A DNA stretch of 64,000 nucleotides from Anolis carolinensis (GCF_035594765.1 NC_085842.1:297895749-297959748), one strand, 5' to 3'; shown: positions 13,901 through 25,341, counted from the stretch's first letter. A program made the numbers and translations. The notes: generated by a model not told the origin, from the sequence alone.

Positions 13901-14074
13901 ATTTCTTATGATTACAACTCTTCCATTCCCAGAAAACATTGTATGTCTCACTACTTTTGTGTAAGTACTCCAGTAATACTGATCCATTACACTTTTTGAT
14001 TGCAGGAGGTATATGAAGATGACTCCTCCTGGAAGGAAAACAAGGAGTGTTTTTGGATGAAAATGGAAAAATGA
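4603..14074 (+). CDS. MOCS2: MOCS2 molybdopterin synthase gene (bicistronic), exons 2-7; exon 1 upstream of window
   Basis: Six AG/GT-bounded exons (4603-4724, 6316-6463, 9324-9451, 10123-10276, 12622-12745, 14006-14074) splice in phase to give MOCS2A (...IPPISGG*) and MOCS2B (MoaE-like). Confidence 0.96.
6316..6442 (+). CDS. MOCS2: MOCS2A exon 3 coding part (exon continues to 6463)
   Basis: [41 protein letters not shown]; C-terminal di-glycine of MoaD/ThiS family. Confidence 0.95.
6554..6620 (+). mobile_element. 5S rRNA-derived SINE head fragment
   Basis: gaagctaagcagg..cctggttagtacttgga..gtgctgtaggct resembles the 5S internal promoter region; partial and diverged. Confidence 0.6.
6812..6888. 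repeat. (GAT)n(AAT)n microsatellite
   Basis: Direct inspection. Confidence 0.95.
6889..8740 (+). mobile_element. 5'-truncated R4/Dong-clade non-LTR retrotransposon (RT + CCHC + restriction-like endonuclease), frameshifted
   Basis: RT motifs [26 protein letters not shown]; [14 protein letters not shown]; [21 protein letters not shown] endonuclease; frameshifts near 8070 and 8455; TAA repeats at both ends. Confidence 0.9.
9331..9451 (+). CDS. MOCS2: MOCS2B (catalytic large subunit) first coding exon (exon 4, 9324-9451)
   Basis: [40 protein letters not shown](G); acceptor at 9322-23, donor at 9452. Confidence 0.93.
10123..10276 (+). CDS. MOCS2: MOCS2B exon 5
   Basis: [52 protein letters not shown], MoaE motifs. 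Confidence 0.95.
10938..10990. repeat. (GTT)n(ATT)n microsatellite
   Basis: Direct inspection. Confidence 0.9.
11017..11213 (-). mobile_element. 5S-derived SINE copy (related copies at about 36400-36600 +, 48284-48490 -, 49355-49572 -)
   Basis: Reverse strand reads ggaagctaagcagg...gaataccaggtgcagtaggcta followed by a tail shared among the copies. Confidence 0.6.
12622..12745 (+). CDS. MOCS2: MOCS2B exon 6
   Basis: [41 protein letters not shown]. Confidence 0.95.
14006..14074 (+). CDS. MOCS2: MOCS2B last coding exon 7
   Basis: [22 protein letters not shown]; total MOCS2B 155 aa. Confidence 0.93.
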   Translation, partial: EVYEDDSSWKENKECFWMKMEK

Positions 14075-15334
14075 AACTGCCAAAAGCTCATTGTAATTGC
14101 CTGCTGTTTCAAAACAATGTGGACAAGATCTCAATTTGAGCCACGCTTCCACTTTATTTGACTAACATGAAGCATTTCTACAATGTACTTATATTTTTCT
14201 CTTTTCTCTATGCTCTAATGAGCCTTGAGCCTTAATGCTGGAATTTTTGAAAAGCTGTACAGCCTGCATCTGTGGAAATTTGTCATCACCTATGAAATCT
14301 TTTGTATTTTCACAGTAATTGAAATTTTGGACTGGTTATTCTATCAGGTCAAATAATCTTTTGTAATTCAACGCACAGTACACTTTTCATCATGCAATAG
14401 TTAGCTACATTCAAACATCACAATAGGCCATGGCCTAATGCTGGTTTCCCTAAGACCTGAGCATTTGGTTTCTGTCATGGCCAGGAGCAGTGGTTCTACC
14501 TTCTGACTTACCCCTGATTTTCACTATGGTGTTTCAACAAGCCAGCTTCAGCATTCCATAGATGAAGTTGGCTTGGATTAAATGAATTTAGTTAGGAATA
14601 GACGCTGTATGTGGCATTTGGGTGACAAGTGCTGATCAATAAAAAAATGGATGCAAAACTTTCACAATTCCTCTTTGCTTTGGGAAGAGGGCTAGGCTTG
14701 TTCCCATCAAGTGTAAGTGTAACCGTATGTCTATACAAGCATGTCTGTGTGAATGGACACATAATGTCAATAGCATATCAGTATTCTTACATTCTTGAAA
14801 TTTCAGGGTGCTATAAAGTCCACTAGCCAAAGTCCTGTGTGTGAGTGTTTGGGATTGATTATGTTTTATTTGGGGGTTTATTTGGTCAAGTGTTGTGATT
14901 CGAGTATGCATTTGTGTAAATTTACATTTGTGGACAGGACCAGAATCTCTCAGCCAGTATGTGCTGGGAAAGATATGTCGTGGTGATGACTCTCTTAATA
15001 TATTTTTCTCCCTGTGGAAATCATGCTCCAAAAAGTACTAGTGAGCTATCATAAACATGAATGTAGCACATGAAGAGGATTAATCTTTTTTACTCCTCAT
15101 GGTGTCTGTGGAATGCACACATAATGGTAATTCCCTGCACGTGTGCAGCCTGTTCGGAACTTTAAACAGCTGAGTCTAGTTTGGCTACAGCCCCACCCAT
15201 CTCCCCCTGAAGGTATATAGCCTCAGGTGGGGATGTAGCCCACGTTCCTTTTTTTGCCGCCGCAGCAGCGTTGAGGAACTTAGTTTAGTTTGGCTTCTAA
15301 CTTAGACATTGTGGCTCAGGCCCAGCTAGCCGCT

Positions 15335-17389
15335 ATGGCTCTTAGATTTAAAAAGTGTTCAGGGTGCGCAGGGAATCTCCCGGACTCAGATGGCCATGAG
15401 AAGTGCCTTCTTTGTCTGGGAGAGACACACTCCACGAAGACCTGCGGGGTATGCCGGGCGTTTACACCCCAGGCCCGGAAAAACAGAGAGGCTCGGTTGA
15501 AGGCGCTCTTATATGAGCGCGCGCTATTCCCGGCGCAGCCAGAGAAGCAGCAGCTGCCTTCAGCCTCCCAACCCGTCTCCCAGCCAGGCCAGGCGCTCAC
15601 CTCTCCACGAGCTTCCTCCTCCAAGCGGCCACGCTCTCCATCCCCGCAGCGACCGCATTCTCCCCAGGCCTCGGGGGAGGGACGTGGCCGCAAAAAGAAG
15701 AAAAGACGCAGGGACGCTGAGAGCTCAGCGTCAGCGACCATGCGGCCGGCGCCAGAGGGAGGAACGTCCGGGTCTTCACAGGCCCCGCCCACCCCGGCGC
15801 AGAGGCCGCGTGAGGCCGGCTGGGCCACGCCAGGGACTTCTGGCCTTCAGGCGGGTGCGGCCCCCCTCCCCGAAGCGGAGGCGGGCCCCCGGGATGGAAC
15901 TCAGGCCGCGGAACCGGGGCCCCGGATTCAGTGGCACTCTGCCGCCGCCGCGGGATCGCAAGCCTGGGGTGAGCAGCAGCTATCCCCCTTTCGGAAAGGC
16001 CCGGGCGCGGCCCACGTGGCGTGTAGGCCATCGCCTCCGCCTTCCCTGTTCCACTCAAGGAGCCCGTCCCAAGCCGGGCTCCCACGGTCTGCTTCCTCCC
16101 CGGGGCGCAGGACAGACTCTGGCAGCCTGGTAACATGGCACGGCGACTCCCTGTACCGGGGCTACTCGGGCCGTGAAGATTTTGTACACCGCTCACCGGG
16201 AGGCCGTGCCTATGTCTTTGGGCCTGTCCTCGTTCCAGAGGACCATACTGCCCAGCCGCCGGTTCTATCCCTTCAGGGCGACTCGGCACCGCTGCAAGCC
16301 CCCCGTGCCGAGGCAAGCATGGATGCTGCACTCTTGGACTATATGTCTGCTTCTGGATCTCATACGTCCCACTCTCTAAGGGAGCACGATGAGGGGGCAC
16401 AGGTGGAAACGCCTGTAACGGCGGATGCGGCTTCTCTTGCAGCCTTGCTGTCACGTCTTACAAAGGCCCTGAAAGTCCCGGTCGCCCCTCCCCAAAAGCC
16501 TGTGGAAGATTTTTTGTTCCCTTCTGACCAACAGCAGCAGGCCCCACTCCCAGCCACGGTGCTGCCGGCCATTCCGTATATTCTACAACTTACCAAAACC
16601 CCGGAGGTGGCACCCCCATCCGTAGCCCCGGTATCCAGAAGGAATGAGCTGCTTTACAAGGTTGATTTGACATCAGCTCCCTGGATTGCCAAACCGCCGC
16701 AACCCAACACCATTGTGGCGGATATGACTCGGGGAAGAGGGTCTAGATCTCAAACTTCACCCGCAGACAAGGAGGGAAAGAAGCTGGAGGGCCTTGGTAG
16801 GAAGGTTCACGCCGGCGCGGCCTTCGTTACGCGCCTGGCTCATTACGGCGCATATATGTCAGCATACCAAGAATACCTATGGAAGCGTATGGGTACCTAT
16901 GTGGCTTCTCTCCCTCAGGAGCATCAAGCCTATGCTTCAGCGATACATCAGGAAGCCCTGCTATTGTCTAGAGCGGAGAAGGACATGGCTAAACATACAG
17001 CAGACACTGCCGGCCGGATGTTTGCCACCTCTACTTCAATCCGACGCCATGCTTGGCTACGTGCGTCAACCTTGTCGGAAGAGGGCAGAGCTCTTGCGGA
17101 AAATCTTCCCGCGCATGACACCGGTCTTTTCAATCCGGAGACGGACGAGAAGTTGAAGCATAAGCAGGAAGTCCGGCAGGCAGCTAACAAATATGGCTAC
17201 ACCACCCAGAGTTACCAAGGCCGCAGTAGGTGGCCGCCCTCGAGCACCTACACTCGTAGGCCCTACAATGTCGGCACCAGGCCCTTTCCGCAGGCGGCGC
17301 CGCCTCAAACAACCCGTCAGCCTCCGCAGTCCCGGCCTCGGCAGCAGGGTAGGGGCCGTTTTCAGTCCCAGTCTAGACGCCGCGTTTAG
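15335..17389 (+). CDS. DIRS ORF1 gag-like protein (N-terminal Cys/His finger, LAP2alpha-like C-terminal region)
   Basis: KKCSGC...DGHEKCLLCLGETH..CGVC; RRHAWLR motif; first ATG at 15335. Confidence 0.85.
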   Translation: MALRFKKCSGCAGNLPDSDGHEKCLLCLGETHSTKTCGVCRAFTPQARKNREARLKALLYERALFPAQPEKQQLPSASQPVSQPGQALTSPRASSSKRPRSPSPQRPHSPQASGEGRGRKKKKRRRDAESSASATMRPAPEGGTSGSSQAPPTPAQRPREAGWATPGTSGLQAGAAPLPEAEAGPRDGTQAAEPGPRIQWHSAAAAGSQAWGEQQLSPFRKGPGAAHVACRPSPPPSLFHSRSPSQAGLPRSASSPGRRTDSGSLVTWHGDSLYRGYSGREDFVHRSPGGRAYVFGPVLVPEDHTAQPPVLSLQGDSAPLQAPRAEASMDAALLDYMSASGSHTSHSLREHDEGAQVETPVTADAASLAALLSRLTKALKVPVAPPQKPVEDFLFPSDQQQQAPLPATVLPAIPYILQLTKTPEVAPPSVAPVSRRNELLYKVDLTSAPWIAKPPQPNTIVADMTRGRGSRSQTSPADKEGKKLEGLGRKVHAGAAFVTRLAHYGAYMSAYQEYLWKRMGTYVASLPQEHQAYASAIHQEALLLSRAEKDMAKHTADTAGRMFATSTSIRRHAWLRASTLSEEGRALAENLPAHDTGLFNPETDEKLKHKQEVRQAANKYGYTTQSYQGRSRWPPSSTYTRRPYNVGTRPFPQAAPPQTTRQPPQSRPRQQGRGRFQSQSRRRV

Positions 17390-19618
17390 CGCCACCCGGT
17401 CGCCCTTTCAGGCACCCGCCCCACATTTGGTGACGGGCTCTCCCCCGCACGTTGGTGATTATTCATTTCTCTTTTCATTTCCGTCTTCCCTTACTGACCT
17501 TGCGACGCTGGAAAAGCGTCAGGCCCTGCCAGGGGTGCATTTTAAGTTTGGGTCACGCCTGCAAAAGTTTTTCTCGGCGTGGGCCGCCATTACCACGGAT
17601 AGGTGGGTTCTAGATGTAGTCCGTAATGGCTACTCAATTGATTTCCATACACGGCCCGTTGTAGGCCGCCTTAGAGCCACCCTGCCATCGGAAGTTTTAT
17701 GGCAGGAGGTGCGCACTTTGTTAGATAAAGGGGCGATTATCCCCTTGCACCCAAGTTCTTTTTCCAGGGCATTTTTCTCTAAGTACTTTTTAGTTTCAAA
17801 GAAGGGCGGAGGTCAGCGCCCCATTCTGGACCTCAGAGCCCTCAACAGTTATATTTGGGCACCCACCTTTCGGATGGTCACACTTGCGACCATTCTCCCT
17901 CTCCTCCCGGAGGGGGCGTGGTTCGCGACGATTGACCTCCGGGACGCTTATTTTCACATCGCGATAGCTTCGCGAATCATCGTTTTTTATCTTTTATGAT
18001 TGGCAGTACCGCATTTTCTTTCCGCGTCCTCCCCTTTGGGATCTCCACGGCTCCCCGGGTATTCACAAAGGTGATGGCGGCGGTGGCGGCGCACCTGAGG
18101 ACCCAGGCGGTCACGGTGTTCCCGTACATCGATGACTGGCTGCTGGTCGCGGGGTCCCGCCACCGCCTCCTACGCGATATTAGTTTCACTCTTTCACTCC
18201 TCCAGAACCTGGGGCTGGTGGTGAATCACACAAAATCCAACCTCCAGCCGTCGCAGAGAACCAAATTCATCGGGGCTCTCCTCGACTCGACCTCCCGGAG
18301 AGCATACTTACCAGAGGAGCGCTTTCTCGCACTTCGCTCATCACTGTTGCGGATAAGACACCAGCCCTTGGTGCGGGCAGACCACATCCAGTCCGCGCTG
18401 GGCTATATGGCATCAACAACGGCGGTCACCCCGTTGGCCCGCCTTCGGATGCGGCCCCTTCAGTCTTGGTTCCTTCGAAGCTTCAAGCCACTGCGAGACG
18501 GACCCTCCACTCTGCTCACTCCGCCTCCGCACGTCCGCCACTCCCTGCTCTGGTGGCTGTCCAGGACAAACGCCTGCAAGGGCATGCCCTTCCGTGTTCG
18601 GGACCCATCCCGTACCATCACGACAAACGCCTCCCCCCTCGGGTGGGGCGCCCATATCGGACGCCTCGCTGTGCGCGGCCAGTGGACACCAGCCGAGCGC
18701 AGACGACACATCAATCTCCTAGAACTCCTTGCTCTATACAAGGCCCTACAGGCCTTTCAGGATGTCCTGCGGGGGCATGCAGTACAAGTTTGTACGGACA
18801 ACACCAGAGTGGTCTGGTATGTGAACAAACAGGGGGGCACGAGGTCCCGTGCCCTACTGGCTCTCACCATGACAATCTGGGATTGGTGCGTGGAGAACGC
18901 CATCCTGCTGTCGGCAGTACACCTGCCAGGACACTCCAACACCTTGGCCGATCACCTCAGCAGGACCACGTCCAGCGGTCACGAATGGTCCCTTCACCAC
19001 GACGCGGTAGCGGCGGTGTTTCGCCGCTGGGGCCGCCCAACCATAGACTTGTTCGCATCCCAGCACAATGCCAAGTGCGACCTGTTCTGCGCCTGCGGGG
19101 CGAAGCCAGAGGGCACGTGGTGCCTTGGGGACGCGTTTCTTTTCCGTTGGACAGGCCCTCTCCTATATGCGTTTCCGCCCACTCCACTCCTATCCAGGGT
19201 TGTTTCCAAGCTGTATCACGACAGGGCAGACGCCATCGTGATAGCACCCTGGTGGCCTCGCCAGCCCTGGTTTCCCCTCTTGGCAGCCATGACAGGCGGA
19301 TGTCATCACGACCTTCCCCGTCGACCAGATCTTCTGACGTGCGAAGACGGCACAATTCGCCACCCGGATATCCACTGGCTTCACCTGGTGGCATGGAGAG
19401 TACGCCCCAGCCGTTCTCCAAAGCCGTGCTGGACATACTGGCAGCAGCGCACAGACCGTCCACCCAGCGGTCATACGCCTATAAGTGGGGGAGGTTCGCA
19501 GAATTCGCAAAACAGCGAGAGGCTGACCCGCTGGCTGCGCCAATACCCCTCTTGTTGGACTTCCTCGCCTCCTTGGCGCAGAGGGGCATGGCACTCTCCT
19601 CTGTCAAATGCTATCTAG
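17193..19618 (+). pseudogene. DIRS pol (RT, RNase H, DNA adenine methyltransferase-like), split by a 1-nt frameshift near 17976
   Basis: RPILDLR, IDLRDAYFHI, LPFG, YIDDWL; RNase H TTNASPLGWG/HINLLEL/TDN; MT IDLFAS...YAFPP. Confidence 0.9.
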
Positions 19619-20427
19619 CAGCGATCTCTGCCTATCGGAAGCGCCGTGGCCTTACATCTTGCTTCCAGGACCCCATGGTCCAGGTTTTCCTGCAGGGCTA
19701 TAAAAATACCTATCCACCTTGCGCCCTCCCGCTGCCCGCTTGGCAACTACGTCTGGTACTCTCGGCGCTCACGAAGCCCCCGTTCGAGCCTCTCGCCACG
19801 ATCGACCTTGCCCACCTGTCATGGAAGATAGCCTTCCTAGTGGCTATTACAACGGCGCGACGCACCAGTGAACTCTGCGCCCTGCGCGTCGACGACCCCT
19901 ATATGAGGTTCCATAAGGACAAAGTGGTGATGAGGACTGACATTGCCTTCCTCCCCAAGGTCGTTACCTTATTCCATTCGGCACAGGACATCGTGCTCCC
20001 GGCCTTTTTCCAGGAGCCTGCTACTCCATTAGAGCAGGCCCTCCACCTGCTAGATGTCCGCAGGGCATTAGCATTCTACGTTGAGCCAACGAAGGAATTC
20101 AGGAAGTCCCCTCGCCTCTTCTTGAAGTATAGGGCGGACGCCAGAGGGACCCCAGCGTCTCCGCAGCGGCTGTCGGCGTGGGTGATCGCCACGATTAAGC
20201 TCGCCTATCAGTTGGCAGGACAGGAGCCGCCTTCGGGGCTGAGGGGCCACTCCACGCGGGCCGTTGCGGCCTCCACAGCGTTTCGCCGCGGTGTACCCTT
20301 GGAGGAAATCTTCAGGGCAGCGACCTGGTCTACACCTCTTACCTTCGTGTCACACTACAAGGTGGATCTGCTGTCCAAGCGCCAGGCGTCCTTCGGGAGA
20401 GCGGTGCTGTTTTCAGCAGTGGCATGA
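18466..20427 (+). CDS. DIRS tyrosine recombinase (ORF overlapping pol)
   Basis: ARRTSEL, GHSTRAVAAS, ATWS..TFVSHY catalytic R-H-R-Y pattern; true start uncertain. Confidence 0.9.
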   Translation: MVPSKLQATARRTLHSAHSASARPPLPALVAVQDKRLQGHALPCSGPIPYHHDKRLPPRVGRPYRTPRCARPVDTSRAQTTHQSPRTPCSIQGPTGLSGCPAGACSTSLYGQHQSGLVCEQTGGHEVPCPTGSHHDNLGLVRGERHPAVGSTPARTLQHLGRSPQQDHVQRSRMVPSPRRGSGGVSPLGPPNHRLVRIPAQCQVRPVLRLRGEARGHVVPWGRVSFPLDRPSPICVSAHSTPIQGCFQAVSRQGRRHRDSTLVASPALVSPLGSHDRRMSSRPSPSTRSSDVRRRHNSPPGYPLASPGGMESTPQPFSKAVLDILAAAHRPSTQRSYAYKWGRFAEFAKQREADPLAAPIPLLLDFLASLAQRGMALSSVKCYLAAISAYRKRRGLTSCFQDPMVQVFLQGYKNTYPPCALPLPAWQLRLVLSALTKPPFEPLATIDLAHLSWKIAFLVAITTARRTSELCALRVDDPYMRFHKDKVVMRTDIAFLPKVVTLFHSAQDIVLPAFFQEPATPLEQALHLLDVRRALAFYVEPTKEFRKSPRLFLKYRADARGTPASPQRLSAWVIATIKLAYQLAGQEPPSGLRGHSTRAVAASTAFRRGVPLEEIFRAATWSTPLTFVSHYKVDLLSKRQASFGRAVLFSAVA

Positions 20428-20460
20428 TGCCCTCCGTCCTCGGTAAGTGGCTTGGCAATC

Positions 20461-20560
20461 TACCATTATGTGTGCATTCCACAGACACCATGAGGAGTAA
20501 AGTATGGTTGCTTACCTGTAACCGTGTTTCTCCGAATGGTGATCTGTGGAATCCACACAT
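20461..20560. other. DIRS internal complementary region (ICR)
   Basis: 20461-20501 complementary to the element 5' end; 20499-20560 complementary to the 3' end; shared AAA. Confidence 0.93.
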
Positions 20561-23208
20561 CCCCACCCATCCTCCCCGCTCACATCATGCCTCTCTCAAC
20601 TGCCGCTACGGCGGTAGGGAACGTGGGCTACATCCCCACCTGAGGCTATATACCTTCAGGGGGAGATGGGTGGGGCTGTAGCCAAACTAGACTCAGCTGT
20701 TTAAAGTTCCGAACAGGCTGCACACGTGCAGGGAATTACCATTATGTGTGGATTCCACAGATCACCATTCGGAGAAACACGGTTACAGGTAAGCAACCAT
20801 ACTTTCTCCTATGTACCATTCATCCCCATGTGTGTTTTATGGCATATTAGAGTATGTGGCAGAGCTTGTAGAAATTAAATGTTTTTGGATTACATCTCCC
20901 CAATCCCCCATATGGCACTATTGATATCATGTTAGTTTGGGATGCTTGGAGCTGTAGTCCAAAAGGATAATGTTTCCAAGATCTGGAACCCTCCAGAAAG
21001 ATTAGAATCTAATCCCTACCAACCCAGCCATGATATATCAACTTCCTTGCATTTATACAATTTATTTCAGATTTTCTTTCTTGTGCTTCTGATCCGGCTG
21101 CATCAGTCAAAGCTGCATGTAACAATTTATTATCACCATACAAATCAACTCCTGCACTCTAAAATGGTCGTTTGTCTTACCTATGGTTTAGTCAAATTGA
21201 TAACAATGTTTGTGTTTCTGCAAGTAATATATTTTGTTTTAGTGAACTGCAACTAAGGCCATAACTACATTTTGTTTAGGTTTGCTAGAAAACTAAAGCT
21301 GCAATGAAGTCAGAAACAGAAATAGTCTTAAGTGCTGAAAATGGATGTGAAATGTTTTAAAGACAGTAAAGCGCTCTCATTGTTGCCATTTCACTTGTTG
21401 CCTACACAGTTATAGCACTATGTTGCCATTTCATTGTATAGAATCCTGAGATTTATAGCTTAAGTATTTAAAATTCTTAGCCAGAAATCTGTAGTTTTCC
21501 GCCAGACTACAAATGTCCACACAAAGGTGCCATATCAGTTCAAAACAAAATTATAGTGCTATAAGATGTTTAAATTTTGCTATCAATCTTTTAGAGAGCC
21601 AGCTTGTTATAGTAATTTGAATGCTGGAATAGGATCATGCTAAAACAGGGTTCACATTCCATTCAGCTATGAAACCCCTTGGAAAAGTCACACTCTCTTC
21701 AACTTAGAGGAAGGGAATGGCAAACCTTTTCCAAGAAAATCCTATGATAGAGCTCGCCTTAAGTCAGAGCTGGCTTGAAGACACAGAACATTCATCTCTT
21801 TGTTTAATTTTCTCTATTAAATAACAATTCATATGTATTTAATGTATCTTAGTATGCCTTATGACTTTCTACCTCTACTTTGTTTTCAACCAGCAAGTAC
21901 AGGTGTTGAAAGGACAATCCCTTTTTACAAGTATGTCAACTTTTGTTACAAAATACATGGCAATGAATGTGTGGTTTTATAATATTTTAAAACCAGTCAA
22001 TGAAATATTTTTTATCTCTGGTACACTATCTGGATTGGTATATTCTTGTTGATTCTTTTAGAAGCTAAATGATAATACATGTACTAGCCTGATGAAATAA
22101 ATTATTTACTACAGTGAATTACAGGGATTTTACATAGATCTTATGCCCTATGGCTTCATTGCACTATTAGGAGGTCCTCCAGAGCATGTTTTTGAATGGC
22201 CCAGAGGACTACAAAGTAAATGGGAGGCAGAAAATGTCACTGTTCTTGGAAGTGGCTACTAGTATGGGGCATGGATTTAGGGTGAAGTTATTCTCTAAGT
22301 ACAGTAGGCCCACGTGTTATGTGAGGGATCTATTGTGTAATTCGTGGAATACAAATTTCACATATAATTTGAAACACTATTTTTCTTTCCTGAAATGAAC
22401 GACATCTTAGACATCCAGTGAAAGCATACTATAGAATTGTGCCGGAGAACGTAGTGATGCCTAAAAACTCCAGAGTGGTTTTATGGTCAACCACTCTGGG
22501 CAAAAGTTAACCACGCAATTACACTGTACACCCAGAGAGAACGCTTTTCTAGGCATCACTTAACCCTCCAGAGCAATCCTATGGTATTCAGAGCTCTTTG
22601 TGTATAATTGAAAATGTATTCAATAAGCTCACATAATACGTGCACCTATTACAATAAAGAGATATTGGTAGAGACATTGGCAGGAAACCTTGAATATTGT
22701 ATTTTGTACAAGTGTTAGACTGATCATGTTTAAGGGTAAAGTTGGAAAAAGAGAATCACAATGTAGTGATATGAAGACACGCACTTTATTTGATAAAATG
22801 AATAGCTAAAAATGTTTCAGGGGTGGGATTGCTCTCTTCCAGAGCCACAAAAGGCCATGTAGCTGAAAAAAACACAATATATAATACACATCCAAAACCT
22901 CTTTGTTTTGCAAGAGAGAAACAAGATGAAATGTAATCAGCAGCAGAATGCAGGATGTAAAGCTGCAATTGCTATCATTTATATTAAACCTTATAAATTT
23001 ATTAGCAGACTAATATGAAAGTTAAAACGTATTAATTTTATAAGGATACACAGGATGGTAAGAGGATTGCTTCTGTACACAACTGTGCAGTTATACATCT
23101 ATAGGCCACTGACAAGAAGCTGGCCAAGATTTTTGAGGTACTGGCCTCAGGTACACAGAAGCAAAAATGACTTTAGAACTATACAGAGTTCACAAACACT
23201 TTGATATT

Positions 23209-23655
23209 AGAATCAGAGTTGGAAGAAACCACATGGGCCATCTAGTCCTACCCCATGCCATGCAGGAAAAGCACATTCAAATCACCCTCAATAGATGGCC
23301 ATCCAGCCTCTGCTTAAAAGCCTCCAAGGAAGGAGCTTCCACCACACTCCGAGGCAGAGAATTTCACTGCTGAACAGCTTTTCCAGTCAGGAAGTTCTTC
23401 CTAATGTTCATCCAGAATCTCCTTTTCTGTAATTTGAACTCATTGCTCCGAGTTCTAGTTTCCAGGGCAGCGGAAAACAAGTCTGCTCCCTCCTTATGAC
23501 ATCCTTTCACATATTTATATGCAGCTATCATGTCTCCTCTCAACTTTCTCTTGTGCAAGCTAAACATACCCAGCTTTTTAAGCCGCACCTCACAGGGCAT
23601 GGTCTTCAGGCCTTTGATTGTTTCAGTCATCCTCCTCTGGACATCTTCCAGTTTA
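23209..23655 (-). mobile_element. CR1 LINE 3' fragment
   Basis: LEDVQRR..LKKLGMFSL.KRKLRGDMIAAYKYVKG, CR1 ORF2 C-terminus plus 3' UTR. Confidence 0.85.
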
Positions 23656-25341
23656 GGTCTTTCATTTATCTCTACAAGCATACCTCATTTCACAAGGCCA
23701 ATTAGGATGACGCTCCTTTTTTTACTGTCTTTTTATCCCCCCCTTCCCCCCCAACCTTCCCCTTTCTTTTGACTAGCTGGACATTTTTGAGCCATCATAG
23801 GCATTGGCATGGTGGTAAAAGAAGACTAGTGAAACACAGATTCTGTGTGGTCTGGGTTTCTGTTTTTGTACATTCTTGAAAGAAAATCCTTCTTTTGGTT
23901 ATAGTTGACAATATTAATAACTCCACATTTTTGCCAGCATTTGTAACTTTCCATCTTAATGTCAGCTAATAAGATTCCTGGTTTTCTTTTCCACCCATTG
24001 TGGAGCAGCCAGTATAACCTTTACCAGTTACATTTTCAGAGACATGGTTTGTAATGTTTATTATTGTAAACATGTTTTCTTTGAAGGCTTTTACTATTTG
24101 TTGGTCTTTATTAGATTTCAATTACTTGGTAATTGAGAACTCATTGCAGTATAAAGTTTGTTTTGTCTTAGCTGTGTATCAAGTTTTGCAAAGATATTTT
24201 GCATACTTTCTCTGTCTTTTGTTTTTTTGGTAAATATACATTGTAATCCCCCAATTAGTCCACTACTACATTTAGCAACTACTGGTGTCTGCAGATTTGT
24301 GTGCCTTTATTATCTATCGTCTTGTTTTACCTTTGTAACTGCACTAGAGCAGTTTCAACTTTTTCCACTTTCAACCCTTTTCTACCTGAGAAATATTTTA
24401 CTGTTATAGACAACAGCAACTCTGGTATGGGACTAGCTATTCAGGTCAACGTCATTTGTCCTGTTGTGGCTGTGGTTGAAGTAGATTTTTACACAACTCA
24501 GGGATGAAGCTTTTGATTTCCATTAAATATCAAGACTGCCCGAAACTTGTGATGAGCTGAATACAAGTAAATAACAGTAAGAAGGAAGTACAATTCCTTT
24601 GGTGATAACTATTAATACCTTGATGTTGTGATACAACAGTCTACTAGTGAAGTTAGTCCCGAAGGGCTAGACCGATATTCCTAAAACAATGGAAACAGCG
24701 AAAGGGGAAGCAGAGGGACAAATGCTGTATTGGATATAATAAATTGAAGTGCCTTTGGAAATATTCTGAAGATATACTTGTATGGCCATGCATTCTTGTA
24801 TGATTATTAGTCAAGAAAGCTGTGTAAATCTATATTGCTAGAAACTTAAGTGTAACTCCCCAATGATTTTAAAGGCCTAATGGTTTTGCTTGATCCACTA
24901 TTTCTATTAATATGGCATGTGCAACTCTTGGCCCAATTTTCAAAAGCCTTCTACAGGGTGCATAGCATACCCATAGCTAGTTATTTGTTTCTTCCCTGAA
25001 ATTTGCAGGCTGGGGACGGAGATGTGACAGAAGGCCCACTTTGGACTCTATCCATTCCTGTCTTTGAACACACCCACTGTAGACATGCATTTCTTGACAA
25101 ATGACTTCTGACCGAATGTTGCCAACAGTAAACTCTGTCTAGCTTGTCCCCGATTTATATCGTACATTGATTTGACTTACCTGGTATTGTCTTTCTTTAT
25201 CAAGGACTGCCATGGTTGGGTGCAGTAAATTCTTCTCTGTTGTTCACCATTGCTGGTCTGTCAATATTAACCACCTTCCCCCCCCCCCCCCTTTTTGCTT
25301 CAAGCATGAAATGAAACTGAGTCCCAAGTGTTACCCTAATG

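Larger units (their letters stand above)
15089..20805 (+). mobile_element. Full-length DIRS1-like tyrosine-recombinase retrotransposon
   Basis: Left ITR 15089-15248, right ITR plus extension 20618-20805, ICR 20461-20560, TTT termini, gag/RT-RH-MT/YR ORFs. Confidence 0.96.

Noticed and set aside
14638-14643. AATAAA as MOCS2 poly(A) signal
   Set aside because: Plausible but cannot be distinguished from chance in AT-rich DNA without 3'-end data
15316-17395. Long antisense and alternative-frame ORFs in DIRS gag
   Set aside because: Expected from high GC content; no recognisable motifs
24380-25270. Exon-like segments with splice-like signals in the intergenic region
   Set aside because: No recognisable protein in any frame examined and no consistent exon chain; unsupported without RNA data
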